Source of the DNA: an uncultured delta proteobacterium
GTDB taxonomy: Bacteria > Desulfobacterota > Desulfomonilia > Desulfomonilales > Desulfomonilaceae
Length of the DNA stretch: 64,000 nt
Direction: 5' to 3'
NCBI GenBank assembly: GCA_963789265.1
Contig: CAWBKB010000001.1
Coordinates: 2,112,001-2,176,000, forward strand
Below the pieces are notes generated by a model, which did no database searches, was not told the origin of the DNA, and worked only from the letters and a program-made list of their open reading frames with translations. The position numbers were made by a program, and so were the translations under genes. This document shows positions 49,960 to 59,751 of the stretch, piece by piece (the stretch's first letter is position 1; every line of letters begins with the position of its first letter).

Positions 49960-52650
49960 CTAAATTTCGTAAAAGGCTTCGGCCAAATCTAGTTGCTCGA
50001 GTTCCGTCATTTGTGAATCAAGTTGCTTGGATCTGTCCTCGAATAAGCTAAATGACGGAACGATGGCTTCCTCCTTGATATCCGTAGAGACTTTCGAGAG
50101 GATTTCCAAATTTCTTTCTCGCTCCGTATAATAGACTATAAGATCCTCAAGAAATCTGTCCGTAGCAGCCAAATACTTCGAACGTTCCTCGGTGAATTTG
50201 TCGGCACATACTGTCAACTCGTTGAAAAAAGAATTAAGTGCAGATGATATGACATGAAACACATTGTTCTTGATATTTGTAAACCATATATCAAGAAAAG
50301 CTTCTTCGAAAAGTGGTTTAAATTGATCGATAAAGCTCCAGTCCTCAATCTTTTTGCTCTTGACCAACTCATGGAGTGTTTTCCGCGTATCCTCATCATA
50401 CTCGCTGCGGCTCTGTTCAATCCTGGACTTCGTATTGTCGGTAGCCATTCCTATGCCCCACGTCAGAATCATCGTGATCAAATTTATTGCTACGCCCAGT
50501 CCGACCGTTACGGGCAGCGTCTGATTAAGATTGGTCGATGAATAGTAATACAACAAATAGCCTACAGATCCGACAACAAAACCGGCAATTGTGTATCCCG
50601 TTAGCCGCCGGAATCGCGATCGTCTCATCAGGCGAATATTGGCTTCCAACCTTTGCTTTCTGTCGGAGAGCAACAAATTTTTTGCATCTCCAAGAGTGCG
50701 TAACAATGATGATGAGGCTTCTTCGAAGGCATCTATGGCCTTTTGAACATTCTCGTATAATCGAGACTTTTCCTTTGAATCTAGCTCGTCATTCCAGTTG
50801 CGCACGAGCAGACGCACCTGTTCATGTAGGTCTTTGCCCGCCAGGTCTTTTATTCGTGTGCGTAAGGTGGACAATCTTTCGAATTGATCATTGAGTAACC
50901 CCTCTAATTCTTGCCGCTTTTCGTTGTATCCAAAGAAAATTGCCGATATGGTTTGTTTCTTCCAGTTATTTATTGCTGCATCTGCTAGATGCACCTGCTC
51001 AAGTTTGTCGATGGCTTGAACAATGCCGACTTGTTGCGCTAACTCCCTGGCATTAATGGCTAATATCGCGGTTTTATAGACTTGAACCGATTTGAAGAAC
51101 CCATTAAGCATTTCCGAGATCTGCTCCGACGACTCCTCTATCAGCTCATGAGCTTGACCTAGGATTGATCTATTATTAACTGCTTCTGCGAGCAGTCCCG
51201 TCGAGTCCATCAAATGAGATGCCTTCCTATGCAATTCTTCGGCTGCCGCTTTCGTAGTCTCTTCCGCAGAGAGCCGGTCCCGCTCTGGAATACGTGTTTC
51301 CAGGTCTGCTACGAGAGCGCCTCCGCCTATTGACATATTCGAGCCACTAATCTCTATTTGTTCCCAGTTCTTAGACATGCTTATTTCATCCGCTATGCCG
51401 TGGATCCTTTCTGATAGGGCCTTAGAAAATCGCGATTTTAGGGATCTGCACAAAGTTTCGGCTTTGCTTTCGGCCCAATACTTCAGATCTTGTTGAATCG
51501 AAGTCAAAGAATTGGTCACGATCTCAAGTCTCGTGGCTTGAGTCGGGAGGTTTCCAAATGGGGAAATGTTGCTTGTCCATTCAGAAAGTTTATTGCGGAC
51601 CTGGTTCAGCCGGTGGCGCTGCTCCAACCAACTCTCGGTTAACCTATTGTTTGCAATCAGCACAGTCTCCTGATAATTTTGATGATTCTCTTGAGCGGTG
51701 GATAGTAGCCCCCTGAGAGAGTGAATCTTCTTCTCCAAATAGCTCTCATAGAATTCCTTGATATTTTTGGCACTCCTTAGAAAATAAGCTATCTTGTGGA
51801 TGTGCAGGTCATTCGGAGAGTTCTTAAGCCTCGAATCAGCAATGAGTGACATCAACGAATCCACACGAAAGTCGTGGAGATTGTCGATAAGAAAGACCTC
51901 GTTCCGCAAAATTGATTTGCCTGGAACCGAGGCGGCCAATCTGGATATGAACTCTGCAATGAATTGATCAGCCCGTTTCTGGTCGAAATTGGCCTCTTCG
52001 AGTGGCGCATTCCTGTCCCTCTTAAATTCATCTGCCCGTGTTATCAGGAACTTGATCTGGATGAAGGGGAGATCAGCATGGGCTTTACGCAATGTTGGCA
52101 GATCAGTAGAATCGAGAGTAACGGCAGCCGAGAACACGTAGATTATCCAATCACATATAGGAAGGAAGTCGCGGACCATTTCTTCTAAGACCAAAGGGTC
52201 GCCTGATCCAGGAGTATCAACGAGGACCACTTCTTTAAGAAGGGCGCTTTCAACTAAAGACGAGCCAACTTCAAGTTCACCTCGACGGTGCATTCCGATC
52301 AAGCTCTGAGAATTGCATGGGTGTGTTATTAAAGTTACTGCTTTGTCGGTTGGATGCAGGCCTGTCAGGCGTGCAACGGAAGAGCCACTTTGGTTTAGGA
52401 GGGAGTTTATGGTACTAGACTTTCCAGAGGAAAAGTGCCCCAGCAAACCAACGTAGGTAAGAGCACTATCCTTTGTAGAGTATTGTTCCAGACTGCGCTT
52501 TAGCCTACGTAATTCGAGGAGCCTCTCATGACATTCCGCGTTCGACGAAACATCGAAGGAATGTTCCGCTTCGGGGGCTGTTAGGTTATTTTCGAGGCGG
52601 ACTAGGCTGTGCAAAAGACTCTTGCAGATCACATCGTGCCCTTTTTGCAT
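49960..52650 (-). CDS. Dynamin-like GTPase with C-terminal transmembrane hairpin (about 896 aa)
   Basis: G1 GHFSSGKS, G3 DTPG, G4 TRAD, long helical stalk, two TM helices; ATG 52650 after GGGGAG; AT-richer than flanks. Confidence 0.8.
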   Translation of the reverse strand: MQKGHDVICKSLLHSLVRLENNLTAPEAEHSFDVSSNAECHERLLELRRLKRSLEQYSTKDSALTYVGLLGHFSSGKSSTINSLLNQSGSSVARLTGLHPTDKAVTLITHPCNSQSLIGMHRRGELEVGSSLVESALLKEVVLVDTPGSGDPLVLEEMVRDFLPICDWIIYVFSAAVTLDSTDLPTLRKAHADLPFIQIKFLITRADEFKRDRNAPLEEANFDQKRADQFIAEFISRLAASVPGKSILRNEVFLIDNLHDFRVDSLMSLIADSRLKNSPNDLHIHKIAYFLRSAKNIKEFYESYLEKKIHSLRGLLSTAQENHQNYQETVLIANNRLTESWLEQRHRLNQVRNKLSEWTSNISPFGNLPTQATRLEIVTNSLTSIQQDLKYWAESKAETLCRSLKSRFSKALSERIHGIADEISMSKNWEQIEISGSNMSIGGGALVADLETRIPERDRLSAEETTKAAAEELHRKASHLMDSTGLLAEAVNNRSILGQAHELIEESSEQISEMLNGFFKSVQVYKTAILAINARELAQQVGIVQAIDKLEQVHLADAAINNWKKQTISAIFFGYNEKRQELEGLLNDQFERLSTLRTRIKDLAGKDLHEQVRLLVRNWNDELDSKEKSRLYENVQKAIDAFEEASSSLLRTLGDAKNLLLSDRKQRLEANIRLMRRSRFRRLTGYTIAGFVVGSVGYLLYYYSSTNLNQTLPVTVGLGVAINLITMILTWGIGMATDNTKSRIEQSRSEYDEDTRKTLHELVKSKKIEDWSFIDQFKPLFEEAFLDIWFTNIKNNVFHVISSALNSFFNELTVCADKFTEERSKYLAATDRFLEDLIVYYTERERNLEILSKVSTDIKEEAIVPSFSLFEDRSKQLDSQMTELEQLDLAEAFYEI

Positions 52651-52714
52651 ACGAGACTCCCCTTTTTTGAATTCCAGGCAGAGGCATTCATTGCTTCGCT
52701 TCGTCGCCAACTTC

Positions 52715-52865
52715 CTGGACCAGACTCTTAGCTCCCTATTCCCGTTCGGTCCAGCTATTGGTGCAGAAATCGTCGTCTTCATTTCCATATGTCCAAAAAT
52801 AAGTTGAACTGTGCGGATGTCGAGAGTTGCTCCAGGAGAGCGTCGCGAAAGGATACCGGAAGTTC
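52715..52865 (-). pseudogene. Degraded 3' end of a tyrosine recombinase (integron-integrase-like)
   Basis: Frame-hopping translation FRYPFAT/LLE/DIRTVQLIFGHMEMKTT...GAKSL resembles RHSFATHLL..GYDIRTVQELLGH.DV.TT...GV.SP. Confidence 0.55.
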
Positions 52866-53046
52866 TCGATATAGGACTTTGTGTCCAGCCAGTGTGCAAA
52901 GCCCAATAACGCCCCCAAGAGATCAAACATGTCGGCTACAAGCGCATAATTATACACCTGCATACGGAACGTCAAGGGACCTTTTTGATTTTATTGGAAA
53001 ACATTGTTGGTGCCGTGCGAACGCCGGTAAAACCAGGGAACCGACG

Positions 53047-53355
53047 CTAAGTTTCTTCCACAAAAACCACTCTCACAACTTCCGAAAGAACTCGCACGCT
53101 ATGTTTGTGCTCCCTCCAGGAAGGGATGAGGACTCGGTCTCTCGAGTTATATACAAGTCGTTCATTTTCAAAAGTTATTTCGAGTTGGCCCTCAAGGATA
53201 TACCCGATATAGCCTTTTTCGCACCACGGGGGTTCCAGTTCTCCTCTGCATTCAAGCAGACGCAATCTCATGTCGCCATGCTTTATTACTTTGTGGCGAC
53301 CGTTGGCCATAGGCGTCTGCCACGGAACAGACACGAAGTTTATCATGTAATTCAT
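53047..53355 (-). CDS. Small cupin-like protein (paralog of 55505..55813)
   Basis: WCEKGYIGYILEGQLEITFENERLVYN; AGGAG RBS. Confidence 0.8.
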   Translation of the reverse strand: MNYMINFVSVPWQTPMANGRHKVIKHGDMRLRLLECRGELEPPWCEKGYIGYILEGQLEITFENERLVYNSRDRVLIPSWREHKHSVRVLSEVVRVVFVEET

Positions 53356-53427
53356 GCGTTAGCTCCTTTACATGAAAACTTCGTACCGATAGTTGCCCAC
53401 CACCTACCCGACCTCGGTTCTCAACTT

Positions 53428-53778
53428 CTACAATTCAGGAGCGCTGGATGGAACAAGACAAACGAAAGTTAACCGTTCCTTGCCGGTATTTCGGATTTGA
53501 TGTTCTTCATTGCGGGGTATAAACACGACGTTGCCGGCTTTGACAGGGTTCCATTGCCCGTTGCCGTAAAGCTCGCCCTCACCCGAATGGATGAACATCT
53601 CATGCTCCCATTCATGTGAATGCTTCGGCGTGTTCCCTCCCGCAGCAACTTCAAAGACCCGCATGCAAAAATTATTCGCCTTGTCTTTCTTGCCGATGAC
53701 AACTCGAGCTGCTATGCCTTTTGCTTCGGCACTTTCAAAGACAGTCGGTTCAACTTCGGCATAAGCCGTAATCTTCAT
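53428..53778 (-). CDS. Cupin domain protein
   Basis: HSHEWEHE, IPRNEEHQ; GAGGAGG RBS. Confidence 0.88.
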   Translation of the reverse strand: MKITAYAEVEPTVFESAEAKGIAARVVIGKKDKANNFCMRVFEVAAGGNTPKHSHEWEHEMFIHSGEGELYGNGQWNPVKAGNVVFIPRNEEHQIRNTGKERLTFVCLVPSSAPEL

Positions 53779-53819
53779 AAGATCCTCCTCGAATGTTGCC
53801 CATGATTCGGAAATCTGGC

Positions 53820-53834
53820 GCAAGGACAGTGCCA
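53820..53834 (-). promoter_or_regulatory. Sigma54 promoter upstream of cupin gene
   Basis: TGGCAC-TGTCC-TTGC about 40 bp upstream of the ATG. Confidence 0.65.
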
Positions 53835-53911
53835 ATCGACTTCGGCACCCCTTGATCCGCATCCTCGGGAAAAGTTCTGCAATTGGAGTTTCACGACGAT
53901 CTAGTTTGTTG

Positions 53912-54613
53912 CTAGCACCGACATGCCGGCGGAGACGGGGCTTGCCAATATTCAATAAATTCTCGGACCTCTTTTTTGGTTTCGATGATGCCGAAATGGC
54001 CTTCGAGAAGAAGATCGGCCTTCAAGTTGAGGAGTCTTGCCAACGAAGCCAGATACTGTTCTTCATCAGACAGGAATTCCGAATGGATCGGACCGCTGAT
54101 GTCTTGCCCGAAAAGGACAAGTTGACCGTCAAGGTCTGTAGTATACACGACCGAACCTGGAGAATGACCCGGGCAGTGAATGGCTGTCACCGTACCGCTA
54201 CCGACAGTAAGGGTCGATATTTGGCCCTGCAACTTGATATCGACGACAAACGGTTCGAGGTGTGCTCCACACCGGGCGGCCCCAGTAACACGGTCGTCGC
54301 CCGATTCGAGATAAATCGCATCCAACTCATGAGCCACGATTCGGCAGCCGTATTCGTCTCTCACGGCCTTGGCCCCACCGGCATGATCGAAGTGACAGTG
54401 AGTCAGCAGAAGGTATTCGAGTTGCACATCTGGTTCCAGGCATTCGGCAATGTTTTTTCTCAATTGCTGGTGATCTCGCCCACTTCCGGCATCAATTAAG
54501 GCTGCTTTGTCCCCGAAACGTACGAGGTAGGCGCCGGCGTCCGTGGGATCGGTCAGTCCCCTTCCACCAACTTGCCAGAGATTGTTCTCGATTCTTATTT
54601 TCACTCCAGTCAC
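53912..54613 (-). CDS. MBL-fold metallo-hydrolase
   Basis: THCHFDH, PGHSPG, GQD, EGH. Confidence 0.9.
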   Translation of the reverse strand: MTGVKIRIENNLWQVGGRGLTDPTDAGAYLVRFGDKAALIDAGSGRDHQQLRKNIAECLEPDVQLEYLLLTHCHFDHAGGAKAVRDEYGCRIVAHELDAIYLESGDDRVTGAARCGAHLEPFVVDIKLQGQISTLTVGSGTVTAIHCPGHSPGSVVYTTDLDGQLVLFGQDISGPIHSEFLSDEEQYLASLARLLNLKADLLLEGHFGIIETKKEVREFIEYWQAPSPPACRC

Positions 54614-54912
54614 CTATTTGTACTGTGCAAAGGTTAATCGGCTCACTTTAATCTTCATCCCGACCATCTGACAATCCTCGGCGTCACTTCACGTCCTCCA
54701 CCGTTTCGGATGATTGATAGGAAGGATGTGCGTTTCTTCGTGTTGTTGCCGAATAATCGGGGTTAAGTATACTTATTATAGTCGTGGCAGGTACAGCACG
54801 CAAGTAACACAGCATGGAGTGGGCTTCATTTGAGCGAGATGAAACCAACTAAAGCTGGTGCATTCACCGGCAGTGCCTGGTAACCAGAACTCCGAAAAAC
54901 GTTCAGGAACAT

Positions 54913-55131
54913 CTACGCGTACATCAAGCGACCCTTGGGCTCCGGGATGGGGCGACCTAATTCTTGGGCTGTTTCTATCCACTCCTCAATGATTGTTTGT
55001 ACGTTGGATATTGCTTCTTGATACGTAGCCCCGTCCGCAGCACAGCCCTCCAACTCCGGGACTTCCGCAACAAAAGCCTGATCCTCATCACTCCAGTATA
55101 TGATAACCTCGTAGCGATAATTAGCGGCCAT
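54913..55131 (-). CDS. hicB: HicB-family antitoxin
   Basis: YEVIIYWSDEDQAFVAEVPELEGC...GRPIPEPKG. Confidence 0.9.
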   Translation of the reverse strand: MAANYRYEVIIYWSDEDQAFVAEVPELEGCAADGATYQEAISNVQTIIEEWIETAQELGRPIPEPKGRLMYA

Positions 55132-55392
55132 CGTGTTCTTGACCTCTAACGCGGTAGTTAATGATTGCATGTCACACTTGCTTGACCTGGTACGATTTGG
55201 CCCTTCCGCCACTTTTGGGCTGCAGATTCAGTATCTCCTTCACCCCCTCTTTTTTGTGAAAATGTTATGACTTCCGCGGATTCGTTCCTGAAACCCAAGA
55301 GCACGGAGTAATGCTCGTATTCCTTCGAAACGTATATTTGCATCGAAGGAGCCACGAAGCATGCTGCCAAGGAGCTTCTCATGCTCACTCAC
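55121..55392 (-). pseudogene. hicA: HicA-family toxin pseudogene
   Basis: ANIRF...GFQERIRGSHNIF then frameshift in A-run near 55252, ILNLQPK...AKSYQVKQV followed by premature TGA at 55172-55174. Confidence 0.78.
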
Positions 55393-55504
55393 GAAAGTGT
55401 TCCTTGCCTGAATTCGCCGAAGAAATACGCCCATCCTGACGGTTCAGCACAATCTTTCGCCATCTTAAGAACTCAGTTTTTCCCTTGCGTCCATTCGCAA
55501 ATAT

Positions 55505-55813
55505 CTAGAGGTCTTCTACAAAAATCACCCTCACCACTTCAGAAAGCACCCGCCCGCTATGTTTATGCTCCTTCCCGGAAGGGATAAAGATCCCGTCTCC
55601 CGGATTGTATACGAGCCGTTCGTTTTCGAATGTTATTTCTAGTTGGCCTTCAAGGACATAGCCGATATGGCCTTTTTCGCACCAGTGAGGTTCCAGATCT
55701 CTCGCGTATTCAACCAGACGCAATTGCTTGTCGCCATGCTTCATAACCTTGTGGCGAACACTTTTCATAGGCGTTTCCCAGGGAATAGACGCGAAGTCAA
55801 CTTTGTAACTCAT
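55505..55813 (-). CDS. Small cupin-like protein
   Basis: HWCEKGHIGYVLEG...GKEHK; GGAGG RBS. Confidence 0.82.
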   Translation of the reverse strand: MSYKVDFASIPWETPMKSVRHKVMKHGDKQLRLVEYARDLEPHWCEKGHIGYVLEGQLEITFENERLVYNPGDGIFIPSGKEHKHSGRVLSEVVRVIFVEDL

Positions 55814-55971
55814 GGATTCGGCCCTCCCAGTACGGTTTGCTCCGCGTTCTCATGCTCCGGGAATGCATGCCCGGAAGCTTCACCTGCTAGGTGAACTCCA
55901 CCCGGTGCATTCGCGGGGAAAGTCTCCGAAAATGGATTACCGAGCAGAGCCTGACAACTGGGGAAAACGGC

Positions 55972-56259
55972 CTAATTGGAGGCTGCATCGTTCAGTTGTC
56001 TGTATCGGCCTTTGTTGTCTATTCCCAGCGGCTTTGCTTGAAAACCTTTCACTCCTGTCTCTACACTGGAAGCTTCCGTGTCTACAGTGCTCTTCACTCG
56101 ATGTAAAAAGAAAAAGACCGTGTTGTGGGCCTTCATCAAAATGTTGGTGCCCAACAACGAATCGATACGACTGAAGATCGGAGCGCCACCTACATTGACG
56201 ACCCCGCCAATAAGAATGATCGCCAGGACGATAACGATGACGGCAACAAATGTACGCAT
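55972..56259 (-). CDS. Membrane-anchored hypothetical protein
   Basis: AGGAGG RBS, N-terminal TM. Confidence 0.7.
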   Translation of the reverse strand: MRTFVAVIVIVLAIILIGGVVNVGGAPIFSRIDSLLGTNILMKAHNTVFFFLHRVKSTVDTEASSVETGVKGFQAKPLGIDNKGRYRQLNDAASN

Positions 56260-56312
56260 GATTTACCCTCCTTTTGCGATGGAGCTAATCTGGTACTCCT
56301 TACTCTTGCAGG

Positions 56313-56813
56313 CTATTTCTCCCAATCCTCCAGATCGACACGACTTGGATCAATTATGGTGACTTTGGAATTTCGTAAAGCGAGCCATTTCCCACATTTC
56401 TTGCACTGAATTTTCACTCCGGTCTTCTTGATGATTTTTTCCACCGGGATGCGGCAATCATCGCAGACGATTTCGGCGCTCTCAAGAGAATCCAGCACGT
56501 ACGCTTCCCAGATCTGCCCGCTGGAAGATTCGATTTCCAAAAGTCTCTTTACGGCCTCCACCATTGCAGCCGCATCTGAAGCCGAGAAGCTGTCCAGGGC
56601 GGAGGTGGACTCGATAGTTCCTACCAGTTTCCTGTAATCGTGAGCAGACCTTTCGCGCACCTTTGACCTTACACGAACGGAAGGCTTTTTTCGCGGCCAT
56701 TGAACGTTGATCGTGTGGGAGCGGACAAAACCTTTCAATTTCTCGGGATAGGTCTTGCAGTACCATACTGCAAAGATGACTACCCAGATCATGATGCCGA
56801 TAAGGATCTCCAT
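56313..56813 (-). CDS. Membrane protein with C-terminal zinc ribbon
   Basis: N-terminal TM, CDDC...CKKC; starts right after coaE stop. Confidence 0.72.
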   Translation of the reverse strand: MEILIGIMIWVVIFAVWYCKTYPEKLKGFVRSHTINVQWPRKKPSVRVRSKVRERSAHDYRKLVGTIESTSALDSFSASDAAAMVEAVKRLLEIESSSGQIWEAYVLDSLESAEIVCDDCRIPVEKIIKKTGVKIQCKKCGKWLALRNSKVTIIDPSRVDLEDWEK

Positions 56814-56814
56814 T

Positions 56815-57453
56815 TCAATTAGTTCCTGAGCATCGGCCGGTTGCAACCTTCGAGTCGGCGAGAAGCTTAAGCTCCGCTATAAGACCCTCCACCTGGCGAC
56901 GAGTGTCCTCCAACGAGCTGCCGTTATCCACAAGCCGATCCGCACGCTTCTTCTTCTCCTCGATGGGCATTTGAGCATCAAGTCGGGCACGGGCGTCTTC
57001 AAGGGACATTCCATCGCGACTTACCAGCCGCTCTTCCTGCACAGGCCGCGGGGCATACACCACTATAACCAGATCGCAAAATCGCTCCCATCCGCTTTCG
57101 TATAGTAGAGGAACGTCTACGACCGCAATTGGGCGACCTTGACGTTCCAGGTCTCTCAATCTTCGGTTCTGTCCCTCTGCTACTCTGGGATGGATAATGG
57201 ATTCTAGTATCTTTCGTTTCGATCGGTCAGAAAAGACTTGTCGAGCCATAGCCTCCCGGTCAAGCTTGCCCTCGGCGTCCAGGAGATCTTCCCCAAAGGC
57301 CCGACGAATTTCAGCCAGGCCCGAGGAGCCCGGTTCAACAGCTTCTCTCGCCAGTTCGTCCGCGGAAATGACAGGAATGCCGGCCTCCCTGAACATCGTG
57401 CTAACCGTACTCTTACCCGACGCAATGCCTCCAGTCAATCCAACAACCAGCAT
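56815..57453 (-). CDS. coaE: Dephospho-CoA kinase
   Basis: GLTGGIASGKS, LESIIHP, DVPLLYE. Confidence 0.95.
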   Translation of the reverse strand: MLVVGLTGGIASGKSTVSTMFREAGIPVISADELAREAVEPGSSGLAEIRRAFGEDLLDAEGKLDREAMARQVFSDRSKRKILESIIHPRVAEGQNRRLRDLERQGRPIAVVDVPLLYESGWERFCDLVIVVYAPRPVQEERLVSRDGMSLEDARARLDAQMPIEEKKKRADRLVDNGSSLEDTRRQVEGLIAELKLLADSKVATGRCSGTN

Positions 57454-57705
57454 TTCAAGCGCTCACCTGTAAATTGGAAATAAGCGGAATATGACCGTCT
57501 TGCGTGCTAATGTCCACCGGCTTATTGCCGGTCGCGGCAAAATATACTGAAAACCCGGGAGAATTTGTGCCAAGGCCACCCTTCCCCAACTTCTCGGACA
57601 AAGGGTGAGAAACGACAAGAATCCCTTCGCGCGTCTCCCGCGGATGTGAGATGGAAGACTGATGTTCTTTTCGAAACGAACATCGAAGGGCCAAAACATT
57701 GGCCT

Positions 57706-58257
57706 CTATTCCTTTTTCTTCAGCTCCTCCCATGCAGCGTCAACGGCGCGGTCGATCTTCTTGCCTGTTTTTTCCATCACATCCCGGAAAACGCTCCACT
57801 GGTCCTTTACGGCCTTGGCCATCCTTGCAGTCTGCTCTTCGAACAATTTGACCTGTTCCTCGCCTAGCCGACCCGTTGCCTCCCACTGTTTGTCCAGCAC
57901 TTCCCTGGCCTGGTTTACGCAGAGATTGAAAGTGTCCTGAGTCACGTTGCTAATAGTCTTCAGCCTCGCCGTGAGTTCACTGAAGAAGCTATCCCATTCC
58001 AGTTTCTTTTCCTGCTGCAGAAGATCCCAAGATTGCTTTAGCCTTTCCGCGGCACGTTCAATGTCATCAGACGCCATTTTGCCGGACTGTTTCATGGTCT
58101 TTGCGGCCTGGTCCACGGCTGCGATGAACTCCTGCCTGGACGCTCCCCAACTCTTGCGAAGTAGGGATCGGGCCTCGCCGAGCATGAACATCCCGACGGT
58201 TCCAAGATTGTCCATTAGCTCTGTGATTGCATCCTTGATATTGCTTTTTTCCTCCAT
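57706..58257 (-). CDS. Helical repeat hypothetical protein (phasin/apolipoprotein-like)
   Basis: GGAGG RBS; amphipathic helical composition. Confidence 0.7.
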   Translation of the reverse strand: MEEKSNIKDAITELMDNLGTVGMFMLGEARSLLRKSWGASRQEFIAAVDQAAKTMKQSGKMASDDIERAAERLKQSWDLLQQEKKLEWDSFFSELTARLKTISNVTQDTFNLCVNQAREVLDKQWEATGRLGEEQVKLFEEQTARMAKAVKDQWSVFRDVMEKTGKKIDRAVDAAWEELKKKE

Positions 58258-58515
58258 GGTCCCCTCCACTCTTGCCTCAAAGATATGGACATCCATATTG
58301 GTACGGTAACAGTTCATTAAGATGTCGTCAACACGGTTCGCGGGATTGTTCTTTCATGAAAGCCCCGTCGTGAGGTATTATATGCCTATCGTAACAACCC
58401 GTGGAGTACTCCCAAGGCAAAACCTCGGCGTCTTGTCTGCCTCTCTGCAACGTCATGCGTACGCCGAGTCAGTTTGCCTTCAATCTAGCCAACGGAACAG
58501 GCAGGACAAAACGCT

Positions 58516-58854
58516 ATGGACGGGAAAAATCCGAAGGAAGCGCAGGCGGCCGGGGAGCCCGATCGATTGAGTACAGAAGACCAAGTGCAGAAGGATTCTC
58601 TTTCGCAACTGGAAGAGGAGCGCATACCCTGGGCAGAAATCATCAGCGAACCCGAACAGGGACCGTACGCGACAAGTGAAGAAAATCCAACCACCCGGGA
58701 AGGTCACCGTGTCAACATCTCGTTTGGCTACGGCTTTTTTTCGCGGATCTACAACATGCTTGCCGAAAGCAATCCGCATGGCCCCATGGAAGGCCCTCCG
58801 CTGGCCGTCCTTGCCCTGATTCTGCTTGCATTTATCCTATGGATGTCAACATGA
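58516..58854 (+). CDS. Acidic protein with C-terminal TM anchor
   Basis: Stop overlaps next start (ATGA). Confidence 0.6.
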   Translation: MDGKNPKEAQAAGEPDRLSTEDQVQKDSLSQLEEERIPWAEIISEPEQGPYATSEENPTTREGHRVNISFGYGFFSRIYNMLAESNPHGPMEGPPLAVLALILLAFILWMST

Positions 58855-59729
58855 GAGGGGTCGGATTGGAGAACCATACCACGGTTGTCATCCCCGCCTT
58901 TAATGAGGAAGACACCATAAGGGAGGTGGTGCTGGGAGTCAGGAAAAGTCTGCCGCACGCCAGTATCCTGGTGATTGACGACGGCTCCTCTGACTCAACA
59001 GCCTCGATAGCTCGAGAAGCCGGCGCGGAGGTGATCTCTCATCCTCTTAACAAGGGGAACGGGGCTGCCATCAAGACCGCATTGCGTACCATTGACGGCG
59101 GCCTGGTCGCGGTGCTTGACGGCGACGGCCAGCATGATCCTGAAGATTTACCGGCTCTCCTGAATGGACTGAACAATTACGATCTCGTGGTTGGGGCACG
59201 CTCCTTCACCTCGGATGAAGGATCCGTTTTCAGGAATTGCGGCAACTTCATACTGCGCAAGCTTGCCTCGTTTCTTGCGGAACAGGACATTCCGGACCTG
59301 ACTTCCGGATTCCGCGCCTTTCGGCACCATATCGCGGCGAAATTCCTGCATATCTACCCGAATGGCTATTCTTTCCCCTCCACTAGCACACTGAGTTTTA
59401 TAACTGCCGGTTATAATGTGGCTTTCATGCCGATTAGAGCCCGTCGGCGCCCGGCCCATACAGACAGCAAACTCCATCCGTTCCGGGACGGCTTCAGGTT
59501 CATCATGTTCATCCTTCGAATTATAACTATGTCAAATCCCAATAAGATCTTCTTCCCTACCGGCCTGGCCATGGTACTCGCCGGCATCGTCCTTACTATC
59601 CGAAACCTCATCCTTTTTGCCCAATTCTCGGGAGGCACGGTTCTATTCCTGGCCGGGGGTATGAACATTATTTTTTTCGGCCTCATTTTGGACCAGTTCG
59701 CGTTGCTCCGGCTTCAGGATCACGACTAG
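58851..59729 (+). CDS. Glycosyltransferase family 2 (DPM1-like)
   Basis: VVIPAFNEE, IDDGSSD, DGDGQH, DLTSGFR, C-terminal TMs. Confidence 0.92.
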   Translation: MRGVGLENHTTVVIPAFNEEDTIREVVLGVRKSLPHASILVIDDGSSDSTASIAREAGAEVISHPLNKGNGAAIKTALRTIDGGLVAVLDGDGQHDPEDLPALLNGLNNYDLVVGARSFTSDEGSVFRNCGNFILRKLASFLAEQDIPDLTSGFRAFRHHIAAKFLHIYPNGYSFPSTSTLSFITAGYNVAFMPIRARRRPAHTDSKLHPFRDGFRFIMFILRIITMSNPNKIFFPTGLAMVLAGIVLTIRNLILFAQFSGGTVLFLAGGMNIIFFGLILDQFALLRLQDHD

Positions 59730-59751
59730 AAACTCGGGCAGGGTCCTCCAG

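Noticed and set aside
52651..52926. N-terminal 92 aa of the 988-aa ORF
   Set aside because: Upstream of the RBS-supported ATG at 52650 and overlapping the integrase remnant
55172..55174. In-frame TGA in hicA as selenocysteine
   Set aside because: Position is not a Cys site and no SECIS-like hairpin was evident
53047..55813. Integron cassette array
   Set aside because: No RYYYAAC...GTTRRRY attC structures found by eye between genes
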